A program made the position numbers and the translations under genes. Shown here piece after piece: positions 11,142 to 23,824 of a stretch of 64,000 bases of DNA; the stretch's first letter is position 1, and each line of letters opens with the position of its first letter. The stretch covers positions 38,750,001 through 38,814,000 of the forward strand of contig OX597829.1 of the NCBI GenBank assembly GCA_951406725.2, in the 5' to 3' direction. Source of the stretch: Octopus vulgaris (Eukaryota). Under the pieces are notes generated by a model. The model was given only the letters and a program-made list of their open reading frames with translations. It did not search any database and had not been told where the DNA came from.

Positions 11142-11928
11142 AACATGTATATATCTGTGTGTGTGTATTTCTAGTAAGTCGATCACATTTCTGATACTAA
11201 GAAGTGACATGAGTGTCTGCAGTTTGCATATTTTCATATAAATACATCAGTTAACTGGTAACTTTCTTGTCAATATTTTTTTTCTTTTTCATTAATATAC
11301 TTAAAAAACACACACACACACTCACACATTGTTATCTGTCAAAATGCATTAATTGAAATCAATTCTGACGTATGTAAGTTTTAAGAGTATTCAATAACAT
11401 TGATGGTTTAGTTATATTGTGTCAACTTTCTGCTCAAAAAAATAAATACATATTGAAATGTATATTGAAATCGATATTAATTTTCCTGAGAGACTGAAAT
11501 GTGTTTTTGTAAAGAACATATTTCTTTACATGGCCTCTTAAAAAGTTCAACCAGTCACTTCATCGCCAAGAAGTGAATACCAGAAGATACACAGACACAC
11601 ACACACACACGCACATTATATAGATAAATAGATATACTTGAATATCTGTTCACTCACCAGTAATTAATGAAAACTTAGTCTACATGGTTGATCAGGTTTT
11701 TAAGTGTCAACAAATAACTGAAAAAAAAAAACAATATCAGCTCAGAAATTATGACCTCATGCAGGTTTATTTCAATTAAGTACTTATCATATAATGAGGT
11801 CAAAATAATCAACATCACCACTGATTTCTGGCTTTGTGCTTGTTAGAAATGATGATGATGATGATGATGATGAACTCTCCCATCAAAGATGACATATCAG
11901 AGTTAAGCTGTTGCTAAACGACCTACAC

Positions 11929-12406
11929 AAATTCAAAATCAAAATCAAATTCGATGACTGGCATCTGTGCTAGTAGAGCGCTAAGAGTACCATACAAACG
12001 TGATCGTTGCCAGAGCAACAAGCTGGCCTCAGTGCCGGTGGCACGTAAAAAACACCATTCGAGCGCGATCGTTACCTGCATTGCCTTACTGGCACTTGTG
12101 CTGGTGGCATGTGAAAAAACATTCGAGTGAGGTCGTTGCCAGTGCTGCTGGACTGGCTCCTGTGCAGGTGGCACATAAAAAGCACCATTTGAGCATGGCC
12201 ATTGCCAGTACCACCTGACTGGCATGTAAAAGTACCCACTACACTCTCGGAGTGGTTGGCATTACGAAGGGCATCCAGCTGTAGAAACTCTGCCAAATCA
12301 GATTGGAGCCTAGTGCAGCCATCTGGTTCGCCAGACCTCAGTTAAATCGTCCAACCCATGCTAGCATGGAAAGCGGATGTTAAACGATGATGATGATGAT
12401 GATGAT
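11929..12406 (+). mobile_element. RTE LINE 3' UTR fragment with internal tandem repeats
   Basis: AAATC repeats, repeated GGTGGCAYRTAAAA..CACCATTCGAG units, conserved 3' end and (GAT)n tail. Confidence 0.88.
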
Positions 12407-13391
12407 ACTCAAATGTATGTACTGTACATTAGCTCACTCCCTCCATCAAAACAACGTTGTCTGAACAGGGGCACAAGTGTGCTACACATCACATGTTGAA
12501 ATGATCAGAGAGCGTGACATGAAATAAAGTGTTTTGCTCAAGAACACAAAGCGTCATTCAGTCCCAAAATCGAACCCATGATTAGTGATCATGAATGCAA
12601 CACACAAATTGCTAGGCTATGCACCTCTACAATAACGCAGTGAGCTGGCAGAATCATTAACGCAGTGAAAATGTTTAGTAACACTTCATCCATCTTTGCA
12701 TTCTAAATTCAGACTCCACTGAGGTCAACTTTGCTCTTCATCCTTTCAGGTTTTATGAAGTACCTGTCAGGTACTGGGGTTGATGTAATCAGCTACCCCC
12801 ATCCCCAAATTTTCAGGCCTTGTCCCCATTTTTGAAAAGATTATTATCTATTTCTTTATTGCCCACAGGGGGCTAAACATAGAGGGGACAAACAAGGACA
12901 AAGGGATTAAGTCAATTACATCGACCCCAGTATTTTTTCCTGATTATCTTCTTTGTAATTCAAAAAAACATCATGACCATTGGTCCAGCCATTTGACTAT
13001 GTAAAGGGAACAGACAGCCAGACATAACACCCATTATAGTAAGATTTCTGCTAAGGTTGACTTTGCCTTTTATCCTTTTGAGATTTAATGAAGTACTAGG
13101 ATAATAGTAATGACTAATGCTCTTTCCTTGAAATTGCTGATTTTGTACCTAAATTAGAAACCATTATTGGCAGCAAGCTGGTAGAATCATTTGACTGTCA
13201 GACAAAATGCTTTATGGTATTTCTTCCAGCTTTTATTCCCAAATCTCAATGTGATCAACTTCATTCTTCATCCTACCAATTAAATAATAGTGTTGATGAC
13301 ATCATAGAAGTGTAGTCTTCTGGACTGCTTAAATATTGTCCAGGATACATTCTTCATGAGTCCTAGTGCTTCCATAGCCATTTGGTATTAC

Positions 13392-13691
13392 AGTTCTATG
13401 TTTAAGAGATGAGGAATTATGTACATTTGACGGGCATATGCCATAGTGGTTAAGAGCGTGGGCTACTAACCCCAAGATTCCAAGTTCAGTTCCAGCCAGT
13501 GACCTGAATAATAATAATAACAACAATAATAATAATAATAATAATAATAATATCGAAAAAATACCTTAAAAACGAGAACCCAGGTTCGAAATTTCCCCAA
13601 GGCACCTGATGAAGGCTGGAGGGTATATCAGCCGAAACGTTAACAAGAAACAAGATGAGGACAAATATCCATCAAATGTAAATAATGTACA
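13392..13691 (+). mobile_element. Non-autonomous Penelope-like element with tRNA-like segment and hammerhead core
   Basis: TSD TTGGTATTAC at 13382-13391 and 13692-13701; short inverted ends TACATTTGACGG/CCATCAAATGTA; tRNA-like TAGTGGTTAAGAGC...AGTTCAGTTCC (13432-13500); CTGATGA-A-GGCTGG/TCAGCC-GAAACGTT at 13606-13641. Confidence 0.7.
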
Positions 13692-14175
13692 TTGGTATTA
13701 CTTTAGTTTTCATACTCCACATCTTATTGATTTTGATCTCCAAGTCTTCTCTCCCTCCCTCCCTCTCTCCCCCCCTCTCTCATATGTTCATAGAGGTGTT
13801 TCAGAAGATTTTGTAATATTAAGTATACACTTCCTGTCCTTCTTATCCTTCAAAATGATGTCAGATTGTTGGTTTTTATTTCTCTATCAGTATGAAAGAG
13901 CGTTGACCAGAGAATGATGACCTTGTTCTTTTAGTATCAGCAACCATATTTGACTGATATGCTTACAACTTCTCATTCGGGAAGCATATTTTCCAATGTA
14001 CATAATGCTACTACCTTAACATACCTGTAGATATTTTGGCCTTTGCTAGTACCTGACATCCAGACACTGTGTGGTTGAGGGGTTTCTTCATATTTTCCAC
14101 AAACCCTGCATTATGGACTTATTCCATCCCTGATGATGTGATGTTGATAGGAAATAGTTACTAGATTTGATCTTG

Positions 14176-14461
14176 CGATATACATGAGGAATATTTGAAG
14201 GATCTTGGGAATAGGAAGTTCGCTAGCGAACCCCTTCAGGGTTGGCGAAAGCGATGTGATGAGAGTCAAGGCTGATCTGGAACCCAACCTAGGCCCCCAT
14301 ATCTACGGCATTCGCCACTGGAATAAGGAGTGGTTGGAGATCACGTGGTCGTTAGCCTTAAATCGCCAGGCCTGGTCGGTGTTTGTGAGAGATGCAGCAT
14401 TGAGGATGAATGAAGCCAGCTCAACCCACCCCAGGTGAATGCTGTAAGAATAAGAAGAAGA
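14176..14461 (+). mobile_element. 5'-truncated RTE-clade LINE 3' end (second RTE family), (AAG)n tail, 13-bp TSD
   Basis: Peptide VKADLEPNLGPHIYGIRHWNKEW...LALNRQAWSVFVRDA; TSD AGATTTGATCTTG at 14163-14175 and 14462-14474. Confidence 0.75.
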
Positions 14462-15176
14462 AGATTTGATCTTGTGCAATGATTATTATTGTTTTTGTTG
14501 TTCCTGTTGCTGTTGGTATTATCATCATCATCATCATCGTTATTTAGTTCTTGGGAATATTTTTTTCATTGCTCATTGTTAATAGCATGTAAAATGTAGA
14601 TGCTAATAACTTTAATTAGTGCTAGTTATTGTAAATAGCTATTCCCGACTTCTATTTCAGTATGATCAATATTTTTCATATTAGCTATATTTGTACTCAT
14701 TCAAGCAGTCTAAATAATCCCATTGAATCAAGCAAACAATCTTATCTATTTGTCAACTTCAATAGATTTCCTCTCTAAAGTAGACAACAAATCAATAATT
14801 TGCCTGTTTGGTGTTTTGTCTTCTAAAATATTCTAATTTACATGTCAGGATGATCTGGCAGTTTGTAGCCTTCAGGATTTGAATGTGAGTGTGGTGGAGA
14901 AAAAGTAGTAGTGAGAGGCGAATAGAGAAATATCAGTTATACATACAAAAGCAGACTGTATGTAGTATAAGGTACAAAGTGTTATAATACTTTCATGGGT
15001 ATTGAATGCAAAAAAAAAAACCCCTGCAGGGATGACAAAAAGCAGACTGCATGAAATATGTGAAAGGACTTTGGAGTGTAAAGAGAACGAGGAAAATATG
15101 TCTGGTTTTATGAAGTATGTGTGACATAAGATATGAGCATTGAGCTTGGAAGTTCCACAGAAACTATAAAGTTTAG

Positions 15177-15424
15177 GAGATGTACTTGCATAGCGAGTGA
15201 CTTGATCTGAGATCGTGTGCTGGAACGAAAACGATTGCAGCGTGGAAGGTGTTTACAAGCCATGTTACTTTCTCAGATGCAACACAAAGTTTTTTTCAGT
15301 GAGCAGTTCGCGGTCTCAAAGCGACGAAAATATTTTGACAAATTAAATTTAAATGTTGAAGTGAATCTAACGGTTTTTGTGTGTTTCTTAAATGGCTTAT
15401 AAACACCTTCCATGCTGAAATTGT
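15177..15424. mobile_element. Penelope-like insertion with partial inverted repeat, 12-bp TSD
   Basis: TSD TATAAAGTTTAG at 15165-15176 and 15425-15436; 15231-15263 is inverted relative to 15392-15424. The Penelope assignment is inferred from architecture only. Confidence 0.6.
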
Positions 15425-15807
15425 TATAAAGTTTAGAATGTATGAAATATACGTAAGGAGTGTAATGCTACATGCTTAGAGAAACATGGATAATCAAAAT
15501 GGAAATTTTGTGGAGTCTACAAAAGCAAACTGTATGAAATATGGATAGAAAGTTTGATGTTAAACGTTGGTGAAATGGTTGTTAGATGTTATATATCTGG
15601 ATAGACATAACAAGAGCAACTAAAATATAAAATATGTTGTTGGATGATTATAAGATATTGTCAAATGATATGAATTGTTTTACAGGAAATTATGATGTAT
15701 ATTAATTTTACTCCTTTTAATACCAACTCCTCTGAAACCATCCCTTTTCTATGATACAAACTTCATGTTTTAAAACAATCTAAATTAAAACTTTTTATAT
15801 TAATTCT

Positions 15808-16360
15808 ATCATCATCATCATCGTTTAACGTCCACTTTCCATGCTAGCATGGGTTGGACAATTTTGACTGAGGGATGGCGAACCAGATGGCTGCACCAGG
15901 CTCCAATCTTGATCTGGCAGAGTTTCTACAGCTGGATGCCCTTCCTAATGCCAACCACTCTGAGAGTGTAGTGGGTGCTTTTACATGCCACCGGCACGGG
16001 GGCCAGTCAGGCAGTACTGGCAATGACCTCGCTCAAATCTTTTTACAGGTACCAGTGAAGCGACATTGGTAACGATCACGCTTGAATGGTACCCTTTTAT
16101 GTGCCATGGGTACGGAAGCCAGTTGGCTGCTCTGGCAACGATCATGCTCGGATGGTGCTCTTGGCACCCTACTAGCACAGGCACAAGTGCCAGTAAGGCA
16201 ACGCTGTTAATGATCATGCTCGAATGGAGCCCTTTTATGTGCCACTGACACGGAAGCTGGTTAGCTGCTCTGTCAATGATCGCACTAGTATGGTGCTCTT
16301 TGCACCCCGCTAGCACGGATGCCAGTCATCAAATTGATTTCGATTTTGATTTTGATTTGA
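15808..16360 (-). mobile_element. RTE LINE 3' UTR fragment
   Basis: Reverse complement of the 11929-12406 type; (ATC)n at the left end, (GATTT)n at the right end. Confidence 0.88.
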
Positions 16361-16615
16361 TGTTAATCTCTATTCCAAAGTATCACCTTCATGATGACTG
16401 TAGTAAATTCTTCATTATTTTCAAAATTAATTGAAACAAAAGCAGTAGATTTCAATAGAAATATGGCAATAAAAGAGTTTATCAATTTGGCAGGATCTTG
16501 AACACACAATAGAGTAAATTAAAACATAATACCAAAGCAAGGCATTCACTTCAATGTTCCAAGTTTATTATCAAATCACTGCTGTAGTATCTGCAATATT
16601 TTACAATATTCCAAA

Positions 16616-17000
16616 GGCACAGGCTTGGCTGTCTGGTAAGAAGCTTTCTTTCGAACCACATGATTCCAGGTTCACTCCCAAGTGATTTCTACTATAGCCT
16701 CTGACAAACCAAAGCCTTGTGAGTGGATTTGATAGATGGAAACTGAAAGAAGCCCATCATATATATATGTATATACCTTTGTGTGTACGTCTTTGTGTCT
16801 GTGTGTATCCCCATCACTGCTTGACAACTGGTGTTGGTATGTTTACATCTCCATAACTTAGCAGTTCAGCAAAAGAGACTGATAGAAGTACTAGGCTTAA
16901 AAAATAAGTAGTGGAGTCAGTTTGTTCAACTAAGACCTCTCAAGTGGTGTTCCAGCATGGCCACAGTCAAATGACTGAAACAAGTAAAAGAATAAAAGAA
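16616..17000 (+). mobile_element. SINE family B, older copy
   Basis: GGCTGTCTGGTAAGAAGC...GTGAGTGGATTTGATAGATGGAAACTGAAAGAAGCCC...CAAGTAAAAGAATAAAAGAA. Confidence 0.85.
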
Positions 17001-17488
17001 TATGAGAATAAAAATAATGACACTTTTTTGTTATTATTATCCATTGACTTGAGGGAATTCTATTAAGGTCCTTTGAAGTTTTCTACTGATTATTTTGTTT
17101 GTACAATTTTTTTTTTTGCAATGTTGAAGTAAATAATGTTTAAATCTATGGTTTGTGCATGCCTTTTGAGGTTTGTAATGTATATTGATGTTCCTTTTGA
17201 ATCACTGAAAATTGATGGCTTCAAGAAAAACCTCACCATTTTAACATACATTTTTCCATGCTTGCATGGGTCAGGCAAAATTTATTGAGGCAGAATTTCT
17301 GTGGTTGGGTGCCTTTCTTAGTGTCAACTCTCAGTCTTTTCCAAGTGGGATAATAATATTTCAACTCGGCAGGACATCTTTTCATAAAAGACTGGAAACA
17401 AATGACACCGCTCATATGACAGTGACACTCACTTACAACCATCATGTGATGTTAGCACAAGGAGACATGAACATATGCATACACATAC

Positions 17489-17902
17489 AACCTCGCTCGA
17501 ATGTTTCACGTGCCACCAGCACAAGTGCTAGTAAGGCAACGCGGTCACCATTCGAGCGTGATCGTTACCACGTCGCCTTACTAGCACTTGTGCTGGTGGC
17601 ACGTGAAATATTCGAGCAAGGTTGTCGCCAGTGCCACTGGACCGGCTCCTGTGCAGGTGGCACGTAAAAAGCACCATTCAGGCGTGGCTGTTGCCAGTAC
17701 CACCAAACTGGCCCTCGTGCCATTGGCACTTAAAAGCACCCACTACACTCTTGGAGTGGTTGGCGTTAGGAAGGGCATCCAGCTGTAGAAACTCGGCCAG
17801 ATCAGATTGGAGCCTGATGCAGCCATCTGGTTCACCAGACCTCAGTCAAATCATCCAACCCATGCTAGCATGGAAAGCGGATGTTAAAAGATGATGATGA
17901 TA
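17489..17902 (+). mobile_element. RTE LINE 3' UTR fragment
   Basis: Same repeat units and conserved 3' end with (GAT)n tail. Confidence 0.85.
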
Positions 17903-18715
17903 TGCACACATATACAATTAGGTTGTTTCAATTTCCTTCAACGAAATCCACTCAAGGCTTTGATCAGCCCAGAGCTAGAGTAGAAGGCAAATGCCCAAGG
18001 TGTTACACAGCGGAACTGAACCGAAAACTGTGATTAACAAGTGAACTACTTGGCCACACAACCACCCTTGTGTTAAAAAAAAATAGAATTAATAATAAGG
18101 GAAATCTAGAACTCTCGTTTCTAAACTTCCTATTATGGCATTTTTTTTTCCCTTTTACTGCATTTTTGTTCTCAGTTGGACCATACTGGATCATACACTG
18201 TGAAAATGCAGCATAACCTTTTACACTGAAATTTAGTTTTTCCTAAAATCTCTAAATTAATTAGATTTCTGTGTAATTTTTCAACAATTGTTTTGGTTTT
18301 CTGTTTGTTTTTTTTTTCTGTATATTGATTTTATATTGTAGCAAAGGTGGGATAGTTTCTTTGTTGGCTAAATTATTTTTATAGCTCAGTATTTTGCCAA
18401 ATGATAAGCACTGATAAGAATATTCCACATACAACATGAATGTGATACAGTTTCACATATGTAATATGAAAAACTGTTTTTATACGTAATATAGTGATAA
18501 ACTGAGATTATACATGCAATTAATAGACAAAAACTCTTTCTAAGGACCATGAGATGTCAGGTTGTGGAAGTATGATATAAGTATTGAATATGGAAGTTCC
18601 ATAAAAACCCTTGAAGTTTAGAATGTATGAAATTTACTTTAAGAAACAAGGCTATCTAGTTGTGAGACATGGATACTGAATTTGAAATCCTAAGAAAGGT
18701 TGTTTAAAATTTGAA

Positions 18716-19331
18716 ATGGGTCATATACAATGTTTCAAGTGGCACAGGTGCTTCAAAAGTGGAAGAACATCCCTGGGAGATGGTGAGCAATCTTGAAGAC
18801 CTGCCACAAACATCACTTCCAGAAATGTGGTATTGGGCTTCAAGAATTCATCCACCTGAGCCAGACTGCCAATCAAGACTTCTACTCTGACATTTTGAAG
18901 TATTTTAGGGAGCGGCAAAAGCAGCCCGATCTGTGGAACTTAAAGAATTGGATTCTTCACAACAACAATGCACTCTGTCACCAAGCTCTCCTCACTCGTG
19001 AGTTTCTTGCCAAAAACAGTATGGTTTCACTTCCACACCTATCCTTTTTGCTAGATTTAGCACCTGTGGACTTCCATTTCTTCCCTAAGATGAAAATGCA
19101 GCTCAAAGGTTGCCATTTTAACACCATTGTCAAGATCCAGAGTGAATCGCAGAAGGTCCTTGACTCACTTACAGAAAACAACTTCCAGGCTGGACTCCAA
19201 AAGTGGCAGGAACACTGGGACTGGCGTATTGCACAAGGTGACTATTTTGAAGGAGATGATGCTAAAGGTTAGGTAAAGAAGTTATTTTTTTAGAAAACAT
19301 AACTAGTCCAGGAACTTTTTGATACCACCTC
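18716..19331 (+). mobile_element. Decayed, internally deleted mariner (DD34D) transposon
   Basis: N-terminal remnant CFKWHRCFKSGRTSLGDGEQS*RP; ORF 18793-19272 has WILHNNNALCH...LDLAPVDFHFFPKMK...GDYFEG; right TIR-like CCAGGAACTTTTTGATACCACCTC. Confidence 0.88.
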
Positions 19332-19454
19332 AAAGATTTGTCACCTATTTCTAGTAGGTTAAAGCACCATGCTACTTTGAAAATATTTTTTTTTTTTGCT
19401 TTTAATAAGCTTTTTTATTCAGTGACTTAATGTATTCTTTTTCCTCTTCTCTAG

Positions 19455-20962
19455 ATGGTGTAACTGCTGAAGAGGTTGAAGCAAACCTTGACACGATCAG
19501 GAAAAGTTTCCATTCGCCTCCACTTCACTCTTGCTTGCTCACATTTGACAATGAAGAAATAGAAAAAGACCTAAAAATATATAATGTTTTCGAAGCGCCA
19601 GAGAAATTGCATGCCAGAGCAGAAGTTGTGATGTCTTTTATTATATTCTTTATTATTTCAATTGCTTCTTTTGTCATGTTTCAGCGACCTGCCGCCTGGC
19701 TTGCACTTTTCCCTATTTTCCTTATTATTGAAATTGCTTTCATTTTCAAAATAATATTTCATAATAAGTTTGAATTTTTAAAGAGTTTACCTGACAGTTG
19801 GATTATTCGAAGTATTGAAGCTACCTTTTTAGCATTCATCCCAATTCTTGCTGTATTCTCAAACTTCTACTGTCCCGGCTTCATAGATCATTCGTGGCAG
19901 GAGAAATGTTTCTGTATTACATTTATGGTTGCACTTTTCAATTTCACCACTTTTTCAACAGTAAATTCAATGATGAGATCAGTCATGGCTATACTCTCAT
20001 TTTTTATCTTCCTTTTAATTCATACCCTGACTGCCTGCACGCAAAACAGTGATATGGAATATGACCTGTTGTATGATAACACATCAGATATTGTCACACA
20101 AATGCCACTCCCTAATTTAATCTTTAGCAGGTCAGACCATTTCATTTTCCTCATTGACTTGGATTTAATACTCCATCTGCTACTTATATTATTTTTGAAT
20201 AGAGAATTTGAAGTAAGCTACCGAATTTGCTATCATTGTGACGCTGAGGCCATGTCTTGTCAGAAACATATAAAAGACAACAAAGACCAGTTGGAATGGC
20301 TATTGCACAATATCATCCCAGAACACATATCTTCAAAACTGATAAATGGCCGCTATTCTAAAAACCACCAGTATATTGGTGTTATTTTTGCTGGTCTTGT
20401 AAACTTTAATGAATTATATGAAGAATCTTACCAGGGTGGGCGGGAAATGTTAAGAGTTTTAAATGAATTAGTTGGTGATTATGAGGATCTTCTTGATGAT
20501 GTTCGATTCAAAGATGTAGAAAAAATCAAAACTATCACTAGCACATTTATGGCAGCTTCTGGTTTAGATGAAAAGAAGTGCCAACAAAATAAGCATAAAT
20601 ATGCACACCTGTTCAACCTAATGCTATTTGCCATGGAGATGCAGAAAGTAATTGAAAATTTCAATAAAAGTATGATAAACTTTGAATTTATTCTCAACAT
20701 TGGGTACAACTTTGGCGAAGTTACGGCCGGGGTTATTGGAACGACTAAACTGCTGTTTGATATTTGGGGGGATACTGTTAATGTATCTAGCCGAATGTAC
20801 TCCAATGGAGCCGCAAGAAGAATTCAAGTTCCTTCATCGAACATTGAAATCTTATCAGAAATGTTTGACTTTGAATACCGAGGTACAATATTAATTAAAG
20901 GGAAAGGGGAGATGGGAACTTATCTTCTGGTAAAACAAAAAGATGGGGCTCACTGGGATTAA
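19455..20962 (+). CDS. ADCY9: Adenylate cyclase type 9-like, terminal coding exon (TM7-12 and C2 catalytic domain); gene is 5'-incomplete in this window
   Basis: Acceptor TTCCTCTTCTCTAG| at 19454. Six hydrophobic segments precede LLHNIIPEH, YEESYQGGREMLRVLNEL, VEKIKTITSTFMAASG and GEVTAGVIGTTKLLFDIWGDTVNVSSRM; GVIGTTKLLxDIWGDTVN is characteristic of AC9. Stop TAA at 20960-20962. The ORF-track ATG at 19430 is intronic. Confidence 0.93.
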
Positions 20963-21099
20963 ATATACAACAAACTTTTACTTTTAATCACAAAGACTGA
21001 AATATGGAAATCCTTGCAAAAGACTGGAGAAAGTAAACCTATTTAAAAAAATTTTTTTTTTAGAGAAATTAAAACACACTGAAAGTAAAATAATGTAAA

Positions 21100-23422
21100 T
21101 GGCAGTATTGCTGCTGAAATCATTAGCACTTTGGATAAAATGCTTAGTGGCATTTCTTCAAGCTCTTTACATTCTGAGCTCAAATCCCACCAAGGTCAAC
21201 TTTTCCTTTCATCCTTTTGGGGTGGATAAAATAAAGTGCCAATTAATTCCTGGGGTCTGTGTAATTGATTAACTCATCCCCCTTAAAATTGCTGGCTTTA
21301 TTCTAAAATTTGAAATAATTATCATTATTATTTTTAGAATTTGTATTAATATTATCATCATCATCATGAAGTATTATAATTCATTTAAATGGTATTAAAT
21401 TAGAAAAATTAATGATTATTTTGAATTAGTACCAATCAAGTATTGAGGTCTTTATGATCAACTGCTCCTTCCCTGAAAACATGCAGCTTAATGCTTAAGT
21501 TAGGAAATATTGAAATTATTGTTATTACTGTTAGTATTATTACAATTGATGTTTAACATTGCAAAAAGATAAATAGAAAAACAATAATTTGGAAATGATC
21601 TATTCCAGAAGATCATATATTCCACTTAAGCTTTTTTGCAATATATGTATATGTGTATGTGAATATATATGTGGGTGGGTGTGTACACACACATGTTCCA
21701 CTAATAGCAACAAATATGTATTGCTATTAATTCACTAATTCTGTCTTTTTAATTGTTCAATGTATTGGAGTTTTAATCTCTTTAAAAGAAATATTTTACT
21801 TTAATTTTGATGCAGCATTTTCTGGTTTGGTGTTGTCTTGAAAAGCCTTTGTTTAAAGGCAGCATTGTAAGATTTGTAAGTTATCCCTGCAACTAGGACA
21901 ATAACCGTCTGTTCGCTAAGTTGTAACTTTTCTTTTCTCCACTTTGCTTTCCTTTTCCAGCCAATGAATATGGAGTATTTCTAAAATTGGTACTTCTGCC
22001 AGTTCAGCTGGAAAGCATAATTTACTTTCGCTTTCTAATTTTTAAAATTCTATCTGAGGATCATGCTTTTTTTTTTTTTAAGTGTCTGAATAACTTATCC
22101 AGTCTCAATTAGAGTTGTCAAATTCAACTGAGAAGTTTTGCACAAAACCTTTACTTGCTTACTTATGTCAGGTAGACACTCCATATTAATATTATTAAGT
22201 ATTTGGCAGTAAAGGCAGCAAAGGTATCTATAAATCCTTTTTACAAAGCAGTTTTTCTTTTGTGTTGATCTTCACTGCTTTTAGTGGTAAAATACCTCAC
22301 TTTACGTAAAGTTGAAGTAACAAATCTTTTTTGACAAACTACTTCTTCTTTGAAAGTTTTGATGCTTATTGTAGTTTATGAGGGAAGAAGAAAGGTGAGC
22401 TTGCAAACAAAATGCTTGGTGGCATTTTTATTGGCTCTTTTATGTTTTAACCGGGTTCAAATCCCAATGGAGTCAGCTTTGCCTTTCATTTTTTGAACAC
22501 AGGAGGTGATGCAACTGACTAACTCTCCTCCTCATTAAGTTTCATGCTTTATACCTATTGTGGAAAGAATTATCATTTAGGCAGTGAGCTGGCAGAAGCA
22601 TTAGCATGCTAGACAAAATGCTTTTTACATTCTGAGTTCAAATTCTGCTGAGGTCTTATTGATAAAATAAGTACCAGTGAAGTACTGGGGTCAAAGTAAT
22701 TTATTTTCTCTTCTTCTTAAAAACTGCTGGCTATGTAACAAAAATTGAATTCATTATCATTATTGACAGGCAGTTTTTTGACAGAATTGCTAGAGAACCA
22801 GACAAGATGCCTAGTAGTATTCGTTATGGTTCTTCAAGTTCTGAGTTCAAATCTCGCCAAGGTCTACTTTACCTTTCACCACCCCACTGGAATCAATAAA
22901 ATTAAGTACCTGTCAAATACTAGTGGTGAGGACAGAATCAATGTAATCAACTATTCCTCTCTTTCAAATTTCTGGCTGTGCCTTTGTTAGAGACAGTTAT
23001 TAATATTCTCCTGTTACATGCTATTGTTGCTATAACTAGTTTAATTATGCTTCCTATCAACCAAAAACTTGATTTCTAGGATGAAGAGCTTTTTTATACC
23101 TTCTAAATAAGTCTTTTTCTGCTCTTCAAGTCTGTTTTTACTTAGTATTGAGGACTTTGTTGAGATAATTCTAGTAGAACCAAGTAATAGGCTTTCAATA
23201 CAGTACCTAATCCCAGATTAATTTGATCCAGAGAACTCAGAAAGCTTTGATCCAATTCTTTTATATCTGAATATTTGGAACAAACAATTTACCCAATCTC
23301 AGAATTGTTGAATTCAGCTGAGAAGTCCCACACATTTTATTTAATTTTTTAGTCGTGTCAGGGAATGACTCCATATCAATATCATCAAGTAGTTGGCATT
23401 AAAGACCATCTGTGTGTGTATG

Positions 23423-23469
<47 letters not shown>

Positions 23470-23768
23470 CCATTTTACAAAGCAATGCACCCACTCTTAG
23501 AATGAGGTCTAGTTTTCCAAGGTTTGCTCTCAAATTTCACCTCACAGTTCCTAAGACCCCAACTATAATTGGCAGGATCACGACCTTGTTAATTTCTTTA
23601 TTCCAGCATTTGAGGATTTCATACTTCAAGTCCATATAATAATACTCTTTATTATTATTATTACTATTATTATTATTAACAAAGAAACACATACACACCA
23701 CAGGTGAACATGACAACAAATATATACTCACACATGCTCACACTCCCCACCAACAAAATATATATTTA

Positions 23769-23824
<56 letters not shown>

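Noticed and set aside
19430-19454. ATG start for a stand-alone 510-aa cyclase
   Set aside because: Lies in the polypyrimidine tract before a clear AG acceptor; the protein lacks TM1-6 and C1, so this is a terminal exon.
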